Notes under the pieces: model-generated
The model's input: only the letters and a program-made list of their open reading frames with translations
Told to the model about the DNA's origin: nothing
The model's database searches: none
Position numbers and translations under genes: made by a program
In this document: piece by piece, positions 38,624 to 48,581 of the stretch
Numbering within the stretch: the stretch's first letter is position 1
Layout of the letters: each line of letters starts with the position of its first letter
Assembly: GCA_965221295.1 (NCBI GenBank)
Contig: OZ244879.1
Span: forward strand, 3,281,603-3,345,602
Source of the DNA: Dehalococcoidia bacterium
GTDB taxonomy: Bacteria; Chloroflexota; Dehalococcoidia; Lucifugimonadales; UBA3495
Length of the DNA stretch: 64,000 nucleotides
Direction: 5' to 3'

Positions 38624-38892
38624 TATCCCCCGTTCAGTAGCGAGGTTGGCCAGCGCGGTCAGCAGGTTCCGGAACCGCCGGAACGGTTCACGGTTCACTC
38701 AAGAATGACGGGGTAAAGGTGAGCGCCATATAGCCATCCTCCTCCGCTCGGGACGCCCCAGGGGGACTCTACTGTGCGAGGAATTCGATTGCCCTTGGGG
38801 AGGCCGAGTTCCGCCTCGCGGTTGCTGGCGCAATGATATAATGCGTTTGGCATTGTCGGCTTCTTCACTTGCGCGCCCACAAATCCTGGAGG

Positions 38893-41800
38893 ATGAGAGC
38901 CGTGAATCGCTGGCCAAATCGGGCCCCGGAAACATTTCCCGACGGAACCGAGGATGATCGGCGACGGGAGAAGCGGATAGTGGCCTCGGGCGGCATCGGA
39001 ATCCTTTCCGTTGCTTTTGGGTTGGCCGCTCTGGCCGTCGGACTGGCCCTGCTGTTGAACCTGATCATCGCTCCGTCCGCCCACGGGCGGGAACCGACAA
39101 CTCCCCCACCCGAGACCGTCAGACACACGCCATTGCCGATAGCCTCCAGCGTCACGACTCCACCAGGCGCTACCTCTGGCGGAAACGATGACGTGGCTCC
39201 TCCGTCCAGGTTGAGCCTGCAAGTGGACGCCAACGACCCTGACAATCTGACCGTCAACTACACCCAAAGCGTCAACCACACCCAGAGGGTCGTCCCCCTC
39301 CGCTATCGGTTCGAACTATACCGCTGGGCCAACGATTTTGGCAGATACCTCTTGGCCGATTCCGTTGACGACGTCAACCCTCCGGCCAACTTCAACAACG
39401 TGCCAAGGGGCTACTGGTACGTAGCCAGGGGCCAGAGTTGCGCGATCTACAGCCGCGTCATTTGCGGGCCGTGGAGCGCCTGGAGCAACGCGCAGTGGGT
39501 TCCCAACAACAGGGAGCCATCTTTCGAGGCCTCCGGCTACAGCTTCAGCGTGGCAGGGAACGCCTCGGCGGGAACCCTGGTGGGAACAGTTTCAGCCACC
39601 GACTTGGATTCCGGCGATACGGTGAGCTACTCGATCGCTTCAGGGAACACGTCGGGGGACTTCAGGATCGGGTCCCAGAATGGACAAATTATCGCGACCG
39701 GAAGCCTCGATCATTCCTCATACACGCTGAAGGTGAGGGCCAGCGACGGGAACGGCGGCACGGCTACTGCCACCGTGGACATCAGCGTTGCAGGTGACGC
39801 AGAACCCGCTTTGCCTCCGGCTCCTGTTGGGTTACAGTCCGAAGCTGAGACGACAGATTCCATAAGCATAAAATGGACCGGGTTGACCGGAACCGCCAAG
39901 TACCGTTTGGAATACAGCAGAAGCGCACAAGGACAATGGGCGCTGGCGGACAGCAACATGCACGCCACATCAACTGCAGTACCCGGTTTGGCCTGTGGCG
40001 CGAGGTACGATTTCAGGGTAAGCGCATACGGAAATGGATCTGACTACCGCGCGGATTGGGGCGAATTCTCTCACCTCAAGGGCGTCAGCTCCCTGCTGTG
40101 TGGAGCACCCGCTCCGGTTTTGTCTGCCGCCACAACCAACGCCGCGATCACCGTCAGTTGGGCGCCTACATCCGGCGTGACGAAGCGCCAAGTGAGACAC
40201 AGGCGGTCCGGAGCATCATCCTGGGTGGAGTCGCCGGACCTTACGGGAAGCAGTTATCCGCTCAGTGGAGTCGTTTCCGGTTTCAGCTACGAAACCCAAG
40301 CCCGCGCTTACGGCGACGGCGTCGTTTACGCGGCCGGTTGGGGGACATGGTCGGACTCTTTCGTGGCTGCCGCCACCGCGCCGCTGGCGCCGCCTGGCCT
40401 GACCGCAGACGAAACCCGCGCCTCCACGATCCTGCTCACATCGGAGGCCGTTGCTGGCGCGGCAGAGTATCAAATTCGATACCGAGGACAAGAAGACGCG
40501 GAATGGACTGAAGGGACCAAAACCGACGCCCCGCGCTATGTCGCCTCCGGACTCAGCCCCGCCTCAACGTATTGGTTGCAAGTCCGGGCCAAGGGCGACG
40601 GCGCAGGGCGTTCCAGCGGCTGGGGACCTTGGTCGCCATCGCTCCGGTCGCAAAGCGGCCCAGCGCGGGGATGCGCCGAAGGAACCGCCGTGGCATCCCC
40701 GGACTCCAACCCGGCCCTCGTGGACGATTGCAGCATACTGCTGGGATTGAAGGATGCTCTGGCCGGCGCCGCGAGGCTGAACTGGTCATCTACCCTCTCC
40801 ATGGCGACCTGGGACGGCGTAACGGTGTCCGGTTCACCCAGGCGGGTCACCGGTTTGACGCTGAGCGACAAGGGCCTCAACGGAACGATTCCGGGTTCTC
40901 TGGGAAGTGTGACGAGGCTGGCGACGTTGGACCTTTCAGACAACGCGCTGACCGGCGGCATCCCAGCGGAACTGGGCGATCTTGCCGGCTTGATGCGCCT
41001 GGTTCTGAAGAACAACGAACTGACGGGCACAATCCCTGCGGAGCTGGGAGAACTGGCGAGTTTAACCGAGGTAGGTCTTGCCGGCAACGAACTATTCGGC
41101 TGCGCGCCTTTGAGCTGGCGACGAGGCTATCGGGACCGCATCGATGACGCCCCGCTGCCCAACTGTCGGTTGGCGATGTTCGTGGCGGCGCAGAACCGGT
41201 TTCCGGGCGCCGGCGAAACTACCACGCTAGTGGCCGTTACGTTCCCGGAGAATGTCGGCGGAATATCCTACAACTGGCAGGAACTGGTTTCAGGAGAATG
41301 GACGGATTTGGGGAGGCATTCGAAATTCCTCACGACCACCGCATTGGTCAGCGGGATCAGGGCGTTCCGGGTGCAGGTGTTTCTCGACGGCAAACCGGAC
41401 GAGCCGCCGCTGGTGTCTGGGTTGCGCGTAATCTGGAACTGGCCAGCGATCTTCGACGAGTTTATGAGCGAAGTGTTCGCTGGGGGGCGAAATTCCGCGG
41501 CGTACCGGGCGGCGGAGGCGAATCTGTTGACCTGCATGAAGCAGAGAACCGGCGAGGCCTTCCAGTCCATTGAGCACACGCTGACCCGGTATACCGGGAG
41601 CTTCAAGGATCAAATCAACGCCTGCTACGAACAGCATGACGTGTTTGAAGGAGTCAACGGAGCCTATCGGTCAGAGATTGGACGCGTCGCGAAGACTTCA
41701 ACTTCCTTCAACATGCTTCTCAGTTTATTTCCCAGCTTGAGCCACCACTTGGGCCGGCCCTACTTCCTCCGCACGAAGGGCCACGCGGAGGACGCTGCCA

Positions 41801-42867
41801 TGCCGGCTCAAGAGCAGTCGGTTAACGCTACAGCAGGAGACGCGCAGCGAGGGTTGCTCGGCTGCTTGCACGATGCCCACGGCAATGAGATTGATTCTCC
41901 CACTGCGCAGCAGAAATTCGACGCGCTGAACTGCTTAATCATCGACACTCCCTTCATATACTGGCTCCAACAGGCGGATGAGTTCAAAGAATTGATCGAT
42001 AAAGTGGAGGACGGCAATAGACCATTCGGATGGCTAGGGACAGGCGACTGGACATGCAGTTTCCCAGAACTCACCACGCTTTTCTCCTCCTTCCAGATGC
42101 CAGTCGAACTCTGTTTGAGGCATGACGTAGCCTACGCCAGTTTGCAGAAACTCTATGGAGACATGGCTAACGAAGCGCCTATCCCAAACTCGGGGTTGGA
42201 TTCAGCCTGGAACGCTCGGAACAAGAACCTGGCGGATTTCATCGTTGCCAGCGAACCACTGCCGCATATAATCCCCTGTGACAATGTCCTGATCCCCGAG
42301 GTGGCCCACGAATGCAACGCTTACCAAACCAACAGGGTATTTCTGCAATCCCTGTTGGAGCTCGGCCCCAGGAGGGCAACCTTGTGGCCCGCTACCCGAT
42401 ACGATGTGCAGCATTCGATGATGAGATACAACGAGCAGGGACAATTCGATGCCAGTGGCAATCTGAAATTCGTTCCCTGCCCGCCTTCTGGCGCAGTAGC
42501 TCTGGGGAGAAGCGGCCAGACCGATTCGACCCTCCGCTTCCGCTTCGACCAGGGATGCGTGCCGGAACAACTCGGCGTGGAGGTAAAGCCATCCAGGTAT
42601 GAGGTCTGCGAAATCACGGATGGCTCCCATTACTTGAACTTCCTGCGCTTTGCTCAGTCCAATGGCTTATTGCCAGACGCCTACGGGCGCCCCACCCAGG
42701 CAGACTGCACCGATAAACTGCCTTCGGAACTGAATGGGCAATATCGTGTGGATTCGTTCGAGGGTTTGCTCCAAGTGACCCTCAAGGCAATCGTCGATGG
42801 CGATATCAAGGTTTTTGGAACGGACGCCTACCCGGAGATCGTCCTATACGACCGGAATGACAGCTAA
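38893..42867 (+). CDS. Giant membrane-anchored surface protein: cadherin-like repeat, about 4 FN3 domains, an LRR block and a C-terminal PLA2-like region
   Basis: N-terminal TM helix (GILSVAFGLAALAVGLALLL). Cadherin-like VSATDLDSGDTVSYSI. Repeated FN3 patterns. LRRs [25 protein letters not shown] motif at 42112-42135. Start options are TTG 38869, ATG 38893 and GTG 38902. Confidence 0.8.
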   Translation: MRAVNRWPNRAPETFPDGTEDDRRREKRIVASGGIGILSVAFGLAALAVGLALLLNLIIAPSAHGREPTTPPPETVRHTPLPIASSVTTPPGATSGGNDDVAPPSRLSLQVDANDPDNLTVNYTQSVNHTQRVVPLRYRFELYRWANDFGRYLLADSVDDVNPPANFNNVPRGYWYVARGQSCAIYSRVICGPWSAWSNAQWVPNNREPSFEASGYSFSVAGNASAGTLVGTVSATDLDSGDTVSYSIASGNTSGDFRIGSQNGQIIATGSLDHSSYTLKVRASDGNGGTATATVDISVAGDAEPALPPAPVGLQSEAETTDSISIKWTGLTGTAKYRLEYSRSAQGQWALADSNMHATSTAVPGLACGARYDFRVSAYGNGSDYRADWGEFSHLKGVSSLLCGAPAPVLSAATTNAAITVSWAPTSGVTKRQVRHRRSGASSWVESPDLTGSSYPLSGVVSGFSYETQARAYGDGVVYAAGWGTWSDSFVAAATAPLAPPGLTADETRASTILLTSEAVAGAAEYQIRYRGQEDAEWTEGTKTDAPRYVASGLSPASTYWLQVRAKGDGAGRSSGWGPWSPSLRSQSGPARGCAEGTAVASPDSNPALVDDCSILLGLKDALAGAARLNWSSTLSMATWDGVTVSGSPRRVTGLTLSDKGLNGTIPGSLGSVTRLATLDLSDNALTGGIPAELGDLAGLMRLVLKNNELTGTIPAELGELASLTEVGLAGNELFGCAPLSWRRGYRDRIDDAPLPNCRLAMFVAAQNRFPGAGETTTLVAVTFPENVGGISYNWQELVSGEWTDLGRHSKFLTTTALVSGIRAFRVQVFLDGKPDEPPLVSGLRVIWNWPAIFDEFMSEVFAGGRNSAAYRAAEANLLTCMKQRTGEAFQSIEHTLTRYTGSFKDQINACYEQHDVFEGVNGAYRSEIGRVAKTSTSFNMLLSLFPSLSHHLGRPYFLRTKGHAEDAAMPAQEQSVNATAGDAQRGLLGCLHDAHGNEIDSPTAQQKFDALNCLIIDTPFIYWLQQADEFKELIDKVEDGNRPFGWLGTGDWTCSFPELTTLFSSFQMPVELCLRHDVAYASLQKLYGDMANEAPIPNSGLDSAWNARNKNLADFIVASEPLPHIIPCDNVLIPEVAHECNAYQTNRVFLQSLLELGPRRATLWPATRYDVQHSMMRYNEQGQFDASGNLKFVPCPPSGAVALGRSGQTDSTLRFRFDQGCVPEQLGVEVKPSRYEVCEITDGSHYLNFLRFAQSNGLLPDAYGRPTQADCTDKLPSELNGQYRVDSFEGLLQVTLKAIVDGDIKVFGTDAYPEIVLYDRNDS

Positions 42868-43146
42868 CCACCATTGGAGCTAGGCGTTTTTGCAGTCCCA
42901 ATCGGCAGTTGGTTCCCACTGGTTGAGTGCCCCCTTTGGCGGGGAACGACGCACAGTTCGCATCCCGCAATCCAGCGACGGTTGGCGAAGCGCCCCCGCG
43001 CTGCGCGATTGACGTACAGGTCGTTGGTCGAATAAGCGCGACTCGACGCGGCGTTCCAAAACAGAGCGCCGAGAACCAGCAAGACGATGGCGGCAATGGG
43101 GGGTTCATAGTTGCACCAGCTCGGGAATCTTGGCCTCAACTGCTTA

Positions 43147-44130
43147 TCATTGCGAGCGCAGCGCGGCGATCTCGTTGATCGCAGAGAATCGCCGTTTGGC
43201 TCCGCCTTCAACGACCGTTCGCCCAGGCGTCGGGATTGCCGCGTCGCTAGCGCTCCTCGCAATGACAGTTGAGGGAGGCGCTGTCTGGCCCCTCCCACTG
43301 TCTTTGCGAGCGCAGCGCGGCAATCTCGTTGATCGCAGAGAATCGCCGTTTGGCTCCGCCTTCAACGGCCGTTCGCCCAGGCGTCGGGATTGCCGCGTCG
43401 CTAGCGCTCCTCGCAATGACAGTTGAGGGAGGCGCTGTCTGGCCCCTCCCACTGTCTTTGCGAGCGCAGCGCGGCGATCTCGTTGATCGCAGAGAATCGC
43501 CGTTTGGCTCCGCCTTCAACGACCGTTCGCCCAGGCGTCGGGATTGCCGCGTCGCTGGCGCTCCTCGCAATGACAGTTGAGGGAGGCGCTGTCTGGCCCC
43601 TCCCACTGTCTTTGCGAGTGCAGCGCGGCGATCTCGTTGATCGCAGAGAATCTCCGTTTGGCTCCGCCTTCAACGGCCGTTCGCCCAGGTGTCGGGATTG
43701 CCGCGTCGCTGGCGCTCCTCGCAATGACAGTTGAGGGAGGCGCTGTCTGGCCCCTCCCACTGTCTTTGCGAGCGCAGCGCGGCAATCTCGTTGATCGCAG
43801 CGAATCGCCGTTTGGCTCCGCCTTCAACGACCGTTCGCCCAGGCGTCGGGATTGCCGCGTCGCTAGCGCTCCTCGCAATGACAGTTGAGGGAGGCGCTCC
43901 CTGGCCCTTCCCACTGTCATTGCGAGCGCAGCGCGGCAATCTCGTTGATCGCAGCGAATCGCCGTTTGGCTCCGCCTTCAACGGCCGTTCGCCCAGGCGT
44001 CGGGATTGCCGCGTCGCTAGCGCTCCTCGCAATGACAGTAGAGGGAGGCGCTCATCGCAGTGACGGTAAAGGAATAAGCGCGGCCTGCCGCCTCTCATTG
44101 TCATTGCCAGCGAAGCGGGGCGATCTCGTA
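43147..44130. repeat. Tandem array of 6 x 154-bp units of the MITE/REP-like element (reverse orientation), plus a degenerate partial copy
   Basis: Unit starts at 43147, 43301, 43455, 43609, 43763 and 43917. The units are near-identical. Each contains the long imperfect palindrome plus a GAGGGAGGCGCTGTCTGGCCCCTCCC segment. Confidence 0.95.
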
Positions 44131-44171
44131 AGGTTCCCCTCATGGTTTGGCGCTGGCGTTGAGCGGCGCGA

Positions 44172-45071
44172 TTACAGGTTCGGCGCCGCGGCCTTGAAGG
44201 CGGCGATGCCCTCGGCCAGGCCAGGATGAGGCAGGCCCAGTCGCCGCATCGTTTCGCGACTGTCCAGACCCAGCCGGTCGGCGCGGCCGGCTGATCCAGC
44301 GCGGGCTTGAGCATGGGAATCCATCGGTTCCACCAGGTTGGCGTCCAGACCGAAGGCGTCGGCAATGGCGACGGCGAATTCGTACATGCTGACCCAGTCT
44401 CGGCCGGCCACGTGCCGGATGCCCGGACGTTCATCCTCGACGATTGTCGCTATGCCGTCGACGAGATGCTCAACGTACACCGGCGTACGGAGCGTATCGG
44501 TTGGCGCGTAGTAAGGCTGGCCGTTGCGCAGGTTTTCGATCAGCCACGGCGCGAAGTTGCGCTTGCTCGGATGCGGCCAGCCGTACACGATGCTGGTGCG
44601 CGCGACGCTCCAGGACGCGGCCCCCCACGCCACTTCCTGCTCGGCCCGCCACTTGGTCAGGCCGTAGTGGGTCGTGGGTCGTGGCGTTTCATCCTCCCGG
44701 TAGAACCCGCGCTCTCCGTCGAACACGCACTCGGTTGACACGAAAACCAGCCGGGAGCCGTGCCGTTGGCACAGGGCGGCAATGTTCGACGTTGCGACCA
44801 CGTTCACCTGGGTAGCGCGCTCCGGTTCCCGCTCGGCCACGCCGATGTCTGCGATGGCGGCGAGGTGGATGACCACCTGCGGATCAGTCTGTTGGAATAG
44901 CCGCTCCACGGCCGGGGAGTCCGTCAATTCCACCTGAAGCCACGAATCGCCGTCCACGGCGGGCGCCTGAGACCGGAAGGTTCCGGTAGCCTCGTGTTCG
45001 GGCATCGCCGCCAGGCGGCGCATTACGTGCCGTCCGATGAACCCGCTAGCTCCGATTACCAGGATGCGCAT
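44172..45071 (-). CDS. NAD-dependent epimerase/dehydratase family (RmlD-like dTDP-4-dehydrorhamnose reductase-like)
   Basis: MRILVIGASGFIGRHV Rossmann motif and the Y-x3-K context HYGLTKWRAE. Confidence 0.8.
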   Translation of the reverse strand: MRILVIGASGFIGRHVMRRLAAMPEHEATGTFRSQAPAVDGDSWLQVELTDSPAVERLFQQTDPQVVIHLAAIADIGVAEREPERATQVNVVATSNIAALCQRHGSRLVFVSTECVFDGERGFYREDETPRPTTHYGLTKWRAEQEVAWGAASWSVARTSIVYGWPHPSKRNFAPWLIENLRNGQPYYAPTDTLRTPVYVEHLVDGIATIVEDERPGIRHVAGRDWVSMYEFAVAIADAFGLDANLVEPMDSHAQARAGSAGRADRLGLDSRETMRRLGLPHPGLAEGIAAFKAAAPNL

Positions 45072-45119
45072 AACGGGCCTATCCCATGCCGTTGTTTGCC
45101 CAATGTCGTTGGTTGGCGG

Positions 45120-45953
45120 TCATTCGCTCCGAAGTTGGCGGAGCTGGTTTTCCAACTCACGGACCCTGGCTTCGGCCCGGGCGCGAGCTTCGCGTTCTCT
45201 GGTCAGAGTTTCGCGTTCTCTGGTCAGAGCTTCGCGTTCTTGGGCAAAAGCCTCCCTGATCGATTCCAGAGTAGCTACGGGGTCGCCGCTTGCGGGGTCG
45301 CACCAGACCAGTTGCCCGTGGACCCAGCGGATGTCAACGTTCAGGATCGCGCTGTGCCCCTGGAGGCTGCCGTCGGGCAGTTCTACGATAGGAATGGGTT
45401 GGTATTGCTCTCCCACCAATCGGTCGCCGGCCAGCCGAGCGCCGTGGAATTGGCCAGTCTCGTCGAACCGCCAGTATTCCGGTATGTCCAGGGCGGCGTA
45501 GATGAACCGCTTGTCCACGGTGTCCCGACGCCCGGTGGAGGCTGAGGCGACTTCCAGCACAAAATCAGGCGGCTTGCCCTGCTCCGAGATGACGTAGCCG
45601 TTGCGGGCTCGAAACGCGGCTGGGTCTGCGTTGAAGGACAGCAGCATGTCGGGATAGGGTACGCCGGACATATCGGCGAGTTCGGCGGGTAAAACCCTGG
45701 TGAGGTAGCGGTCGCCGCCGATGACGGTGGTTTCCAGGTTGCCGAGGTGTTGAGCCAGGTAATGCGCGCCGCCGGTGATGGTCAGGTGGTCGAATACGGT
45801 CATCTTTTCGTCCGGGACCCATGGGGGATCCGGCAATTTGTAGAACGGTGGAGAGTCGGGCGATTTGGCGGTGGTCATATTGAGCCTCGCCGGGCCAGGT
45901 GGGAACTCGGTTGGTTTGAGACGCCTCAAGCGTTGGGTTAGATTATAACCCAC
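45120..45953 (-). CDS. Uma2-family (DUF820) putative endonuclease with a C-terminal coiled-coil repeat tail
   Basis: PDMLLSF...PDFVLEVAS...IPEYWRFD pattern. The tail EREALTRERETLTREREARARAE is encoded by 21-bp repeats at about 45183-45245. Confidence 0.75.
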   Translation of the reverse strand: MGYNLTQRLRRLKPTEFPPGPARLNMTTAKSPDSPPFYKLPDPPWVPDEKMTVFDHLTITGGAHYLAQHLGNLETTVIGGDRYLTRVLPAELADMSGVPYPDMLLSFNADPAAFRARNGYVISEQGKPPDFVLEVASASTGRRDTVDKRFIYAALDIPEYWRFDETGQFHGARLAGDRLVGEQYQPIPIVELPDGSLQGHSAILNVDIRWVHGQLVWCDPASGDPVATLESIREAFAQEREALTRERETLTREREARARAEARVRELENQLRQLRSE

Positions 45954-46005
45954 CCGTACCGGCGTTCTCGGGGTTCAGGCGCGTTGGTTCCAGACGCATG
46001 GGAGT

Positions 46006-47160
46006 TCAGGCGTACAGGCGGTTCAAGTTGGCGTACCGGTCGGGGTCTAGGTCCCGGCCGGCCAAGGCAGGATGGTCGTAGCCGTAGCGGTGGGCGCGGA
46101 ACACGGAGTTGGCGTTGCCGGAGATGGAATCGCCGACGCCGAAACCGCTCTGCCCCATGAAGGGATTGATGTACTCCCAGACGATTTGCTTCGCCGGCGT
46201 CACCTCAAAGATGCGGCCCGGCGCTCCCTCGCAGATCAGCGTGTTGCCGTTGGGCTGCCGTTCCGCGCCGCTGATATGGTAGCTGTAGAAGGATATGGGA
46301 GGGTCGCCCCGATATTCCCAGGCGATGTGGTCGGTGGCGGGATCGACCTCGATGACCCTGGAGTGAGTGACGCCCCGCTTGTGGGGGCCATTGTCGAACA
46401 GCAGCACGTTGCCGTTGTCCAGCATAGTGGGATGATGCTGGTGCGAGATATTGCCAGGTCCCCACTTCCAACGGAATTCACCGCTGGCCTTATCAACGAT
46501 GCCAACCGTGTCGGTTTGGCGGAAGCTGACCAGGAAATCGCCTTCCGGCGTCACGTTGAGGGCGTTCTGGTGCGTCCACTCCTCACGTCCTTCGAGGAAG
46601 CAGATGCGGTCTTCTTCCAGGTTCAGAAATTCCCACGATTTCCATTCGTACGCCACGTCTCCGGCTGGCGTGATTTCCCGAACCACATCGCCCAACATGC
46701 CCTGATTCTCATGCGGGCTGTGGCCGCCGCGGACCTGCAGCGCCATCCCTTCAGGGAGCAGTTCCCACGCCAACACTAGGGTGTTGCCGTTGGGCAGCCG
46801 CTCGAAGTCGTGGTGCAACAGCGGGTAGCGGTATTCCCACACCACGTTGCTGTCCCAGTCCAGCTCGAGGATGGCTCCCGCCACCGTGCGGCCGCCGCGA
46901 GGCAGGATTGCCATCTCCGGATGATCCAGCAAGGAGACTTCCTCGGCCGCCGGTCCAGCGCGCAGCAACAGGTTGCCATTGGGCAGCAGGTATGAGTAGC
47001 CGATGCCCTGGCTGCAATGCCAAGTGTGACAAATGCGACCCTCCATGTCGATGAGACGCGACTCGTGGCTGTTGAGGTTGGTCACCAGCGTGTAGCCACG
47101 ATAAGCGTGTTGCGGCGCGTAGTGAATGAGACCGTTCGGATGGTTGACCGACCAACCCAT
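46006..47160 (-). CDS. Beta-propeller protein, arylsulfotransferase (ASST)-like
   Basis: The start was trimmed to MGWSVNHPNG (ATG at 47160, AAGGAG 8 nt upstream). The repeated ...LPNGN(T/L)L... blades are typical of ASST-like propellers. Confidence 0.7.
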   Translation of the reverse strand: MGWSVNHPNGLIHYAPQHAYRGYTLVTNLNSHESRLIDMEGRICHTWHCSQGIGYSYLLPNGNLLLRAGPAAEEVSLLDHPEMAILPRGGRTVAGAILELDWDSNVVWEYRYPLLHHDFERLPNGNTLVLAWELLPEGMALQVRGGHSPHENQGMLGDVVREITPAGDVAYEWKSWEFLNLEEDRICFLEGREEWTHQNALNVTPEGDFLVSFRQTDTVGIVDKASGEFRWKWGPGNISHQHHPTMLDNGNVLLFDNGPHKRGVTHSRVIEVDPATDHIAWEYRGDPPISFYSYHISGAERQPNGNTLICEGAPGRIFEVTPAKQIVWEYINPFMGQSGFGVGDSISGNANSVFRAHRYGYDHPALAGRDLDPDRYANLNRLYA

Positions 47161-47200
47161 GGCTTTGGCTCCTTGTGGGAGGTGGATTCTGCGGGCATTG

Positions 47201-47275
47201 TATAATACGCGCGGAACATCGACTGGAACACGGCAACACGCGGAACAAATTAACACGCGGAGCACAGCAACATGG
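47201..47275. repeat. Degenerate 17-bp tandem repeats forming the leader and RBS of the following gene
   Basis: AACACGCGGAACAAATT is followed by AACACGCGGAGCACAGC, then AACATGG, which contains the start codon. Two weaker units lie upstream. Confidence 0.7.
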
Positions 47276-48096
47276 CAGATTTGACTCGAACGCGCCGCAT
47301 CGGGGCGCTGGTCCCCGCCACCAACCCGGTGGTGGAACCCGACTTCTACCGGGTGATACCCCCGGAGATCACGGTGCATTTCGAACGGATGTGGAACGGC
47401 GCCTGGGGCAGCCAACCCGATACAACCTCCGAGTCGGGGCACGTGCTCAGCATGACCAGCGCGGAGGCCAACGAGGTTGAAACGGCGCTGTTCGGGTTTG
47501 ACATCGCCAAAATGAACGACGACGTGGCCCGGGGCGCCAGCGCCCTGTCCAACATCGGGCCCGATCTGATGGTGTACGCCTGCACTTCCGGGACCTGGCA
47601 CAAGGGATACATGGCCTACGATCAGTCAATGGCGAAACTCATGGAGGAGGCCAGCGGCGTGGCGTCGATTACCGCCGTTGGTTCCTGCATCGCAGCCATG
47701 CGACACGTGGGCAGCCGCAAACTTAGCGTCGCCGGACCATACCGCAACTACCACCTGCGCAACCGCCTCAAGCCGTTGCTGGAGGAAGCCGGCTTCCAGG
47801 TCCTGAGCGCCGATGGGGCGCCATGGATGGAAGACTCCATGAACCCCCGTGAAATCGACATGGATCCGCCCCAAGCCATCATCGATTTTGCCGCTCAAGT
47901 GGCCCAGGACGACGCCGACACCATCTTCCTGCCGGGCACGGCGTGGCGCGCCCTGGACGCGGCTGAGGAACTGGAACAGCGTCTCGGCAAGACGGTGGTT
48001 ACCGTGAATCAGGCAACCATCTGGATGGCGCTGCGGCGGTTGGGATGGACCAAGCCCATCGACGGCTTCGGCAGGTTGCTGAGGAGCCTGGAGTAG
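47272..48096 (+). CDS. Asp/Glu/hydantoin racemase superfamily protein (maleate isomerase / arylmalonate decarboxylase-like)
   Basis: RIGALVPATNPVVEPDF and YACTSGTW motifs. Confidence 0.75.
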   Translation: MADLTRTRRIGALVPATNPVVEPDFYRVIPPEITVHFERMWNGAWGSQPDTTSESGHVLSMTSAEANEVETALFGFDIAKMNDDVARGASALSNIGPDLMVYACTSGTWHKGYMAYDQSMAKLMEEASGVASITAVGSCIAAMRHVGSRKLSVAGPYRNYHLRNRLKPLLEEAGFQVLSADGAPWMEDSMNPREIDMDPPQAIIDFAAQVAQDDADTIFLPGTAWRALDAAEELEQRLGKTVVTVNQATIWMALRRLGWTKPIDGFGRLLRSLE

Positions 48097-48161
48097 GCTG
48101 GCGAGCAACGCTCCCGAGCAACGTTGTTCCGCCCGCAATCACGAGGGGCGCTGGGCTTCCC

Positions 48162-48385
48162 TCATCGCGATGCGAACTCGATCCCGTTGGCCGGGCCCAT
48201 GATCACGTCCCGGGTGGCGCTGCCGTCGCCGCCCGCGATCGACTGCCAGCCACCGTAGCTGCCGCCCCAAGCGCGAGCCCGGCAACGCCACTCATCGGCC
48301 TGGCCATCTGCCGGCCATTGCAACCGGACGCTTCCATCCTACCGCGCGGAGGTTTGCCCGCCGGCTTTGCGGGTGGCTCCACGGG
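48162..48385 (-). pseudogene. Decayed fragment of an FN3 domain paralogous to the one at about 37860-38050
   Basis: The minus-strand frame reads DGSVRLQWPADGQADEWRCRARAWGGSYGGWQSIAGGDGSATRD. The intact copy reads [44 protein letters not shown]. The fragment is preceded by an in-frame TAG (48341-48339) and a frame shift. Confidence 0.7.
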
Positions 48386-48402
48386 TTCCGGCGTGGCCGT
48401 GG

Positions 48403-48504
48403 GCCAAGGAAATTCGACAGGGCGGCAATAAAGCGGGTGTCTTCCCGGACCGGAGAGCCACCCGGCGTCTGGTGGGCGCGGCCCTGGCCGAGCCGCGCGA
48501 CTAA
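48403..48504 (+). mobile_element. C-terminal remnant of an IS256-family (mutator-type) transposase
   Basis: Reads AKEIRQGGNKAGVFPDRRATRRLVGAALAEPRD*. The family C-terminus is approximately EI.RRT.VVGIFPN....RLVGAVL.E. No upstream transposase body or inverted repeats are present. Confidence 0.55.
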
Positions 48505-48581
48505 TTGGCCAGAGGCCGCCGCCTAAACATCATCGCCTGGGATTTCGCCAACCACACCACTGGGCAGGATATGTTCGGGAG

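Noticed and set aside
42864-43298. Minus-strand ORF with a hydrophobic stretch (PPIAAIVLLVLGALFW) just downstream of the giant gene, considered as a possible immunity or membrane protein.
   Set aside because: It has no ATG or GTG start in frame (only a distant TTG at 43140) and no SD. Its upstream half is translated from the repeat array.
43147-44130. Regularly spaced repeats that could be mistaken for a CRISPR array.
   Set aside because: The whole 154-bp unit is repeated nearly identically, so there are no unique spacers. The unit is far longer than a CRISPR repeat and is itself a long palindrome related to the dispersed MITE-like element. No cas genes are nearby.
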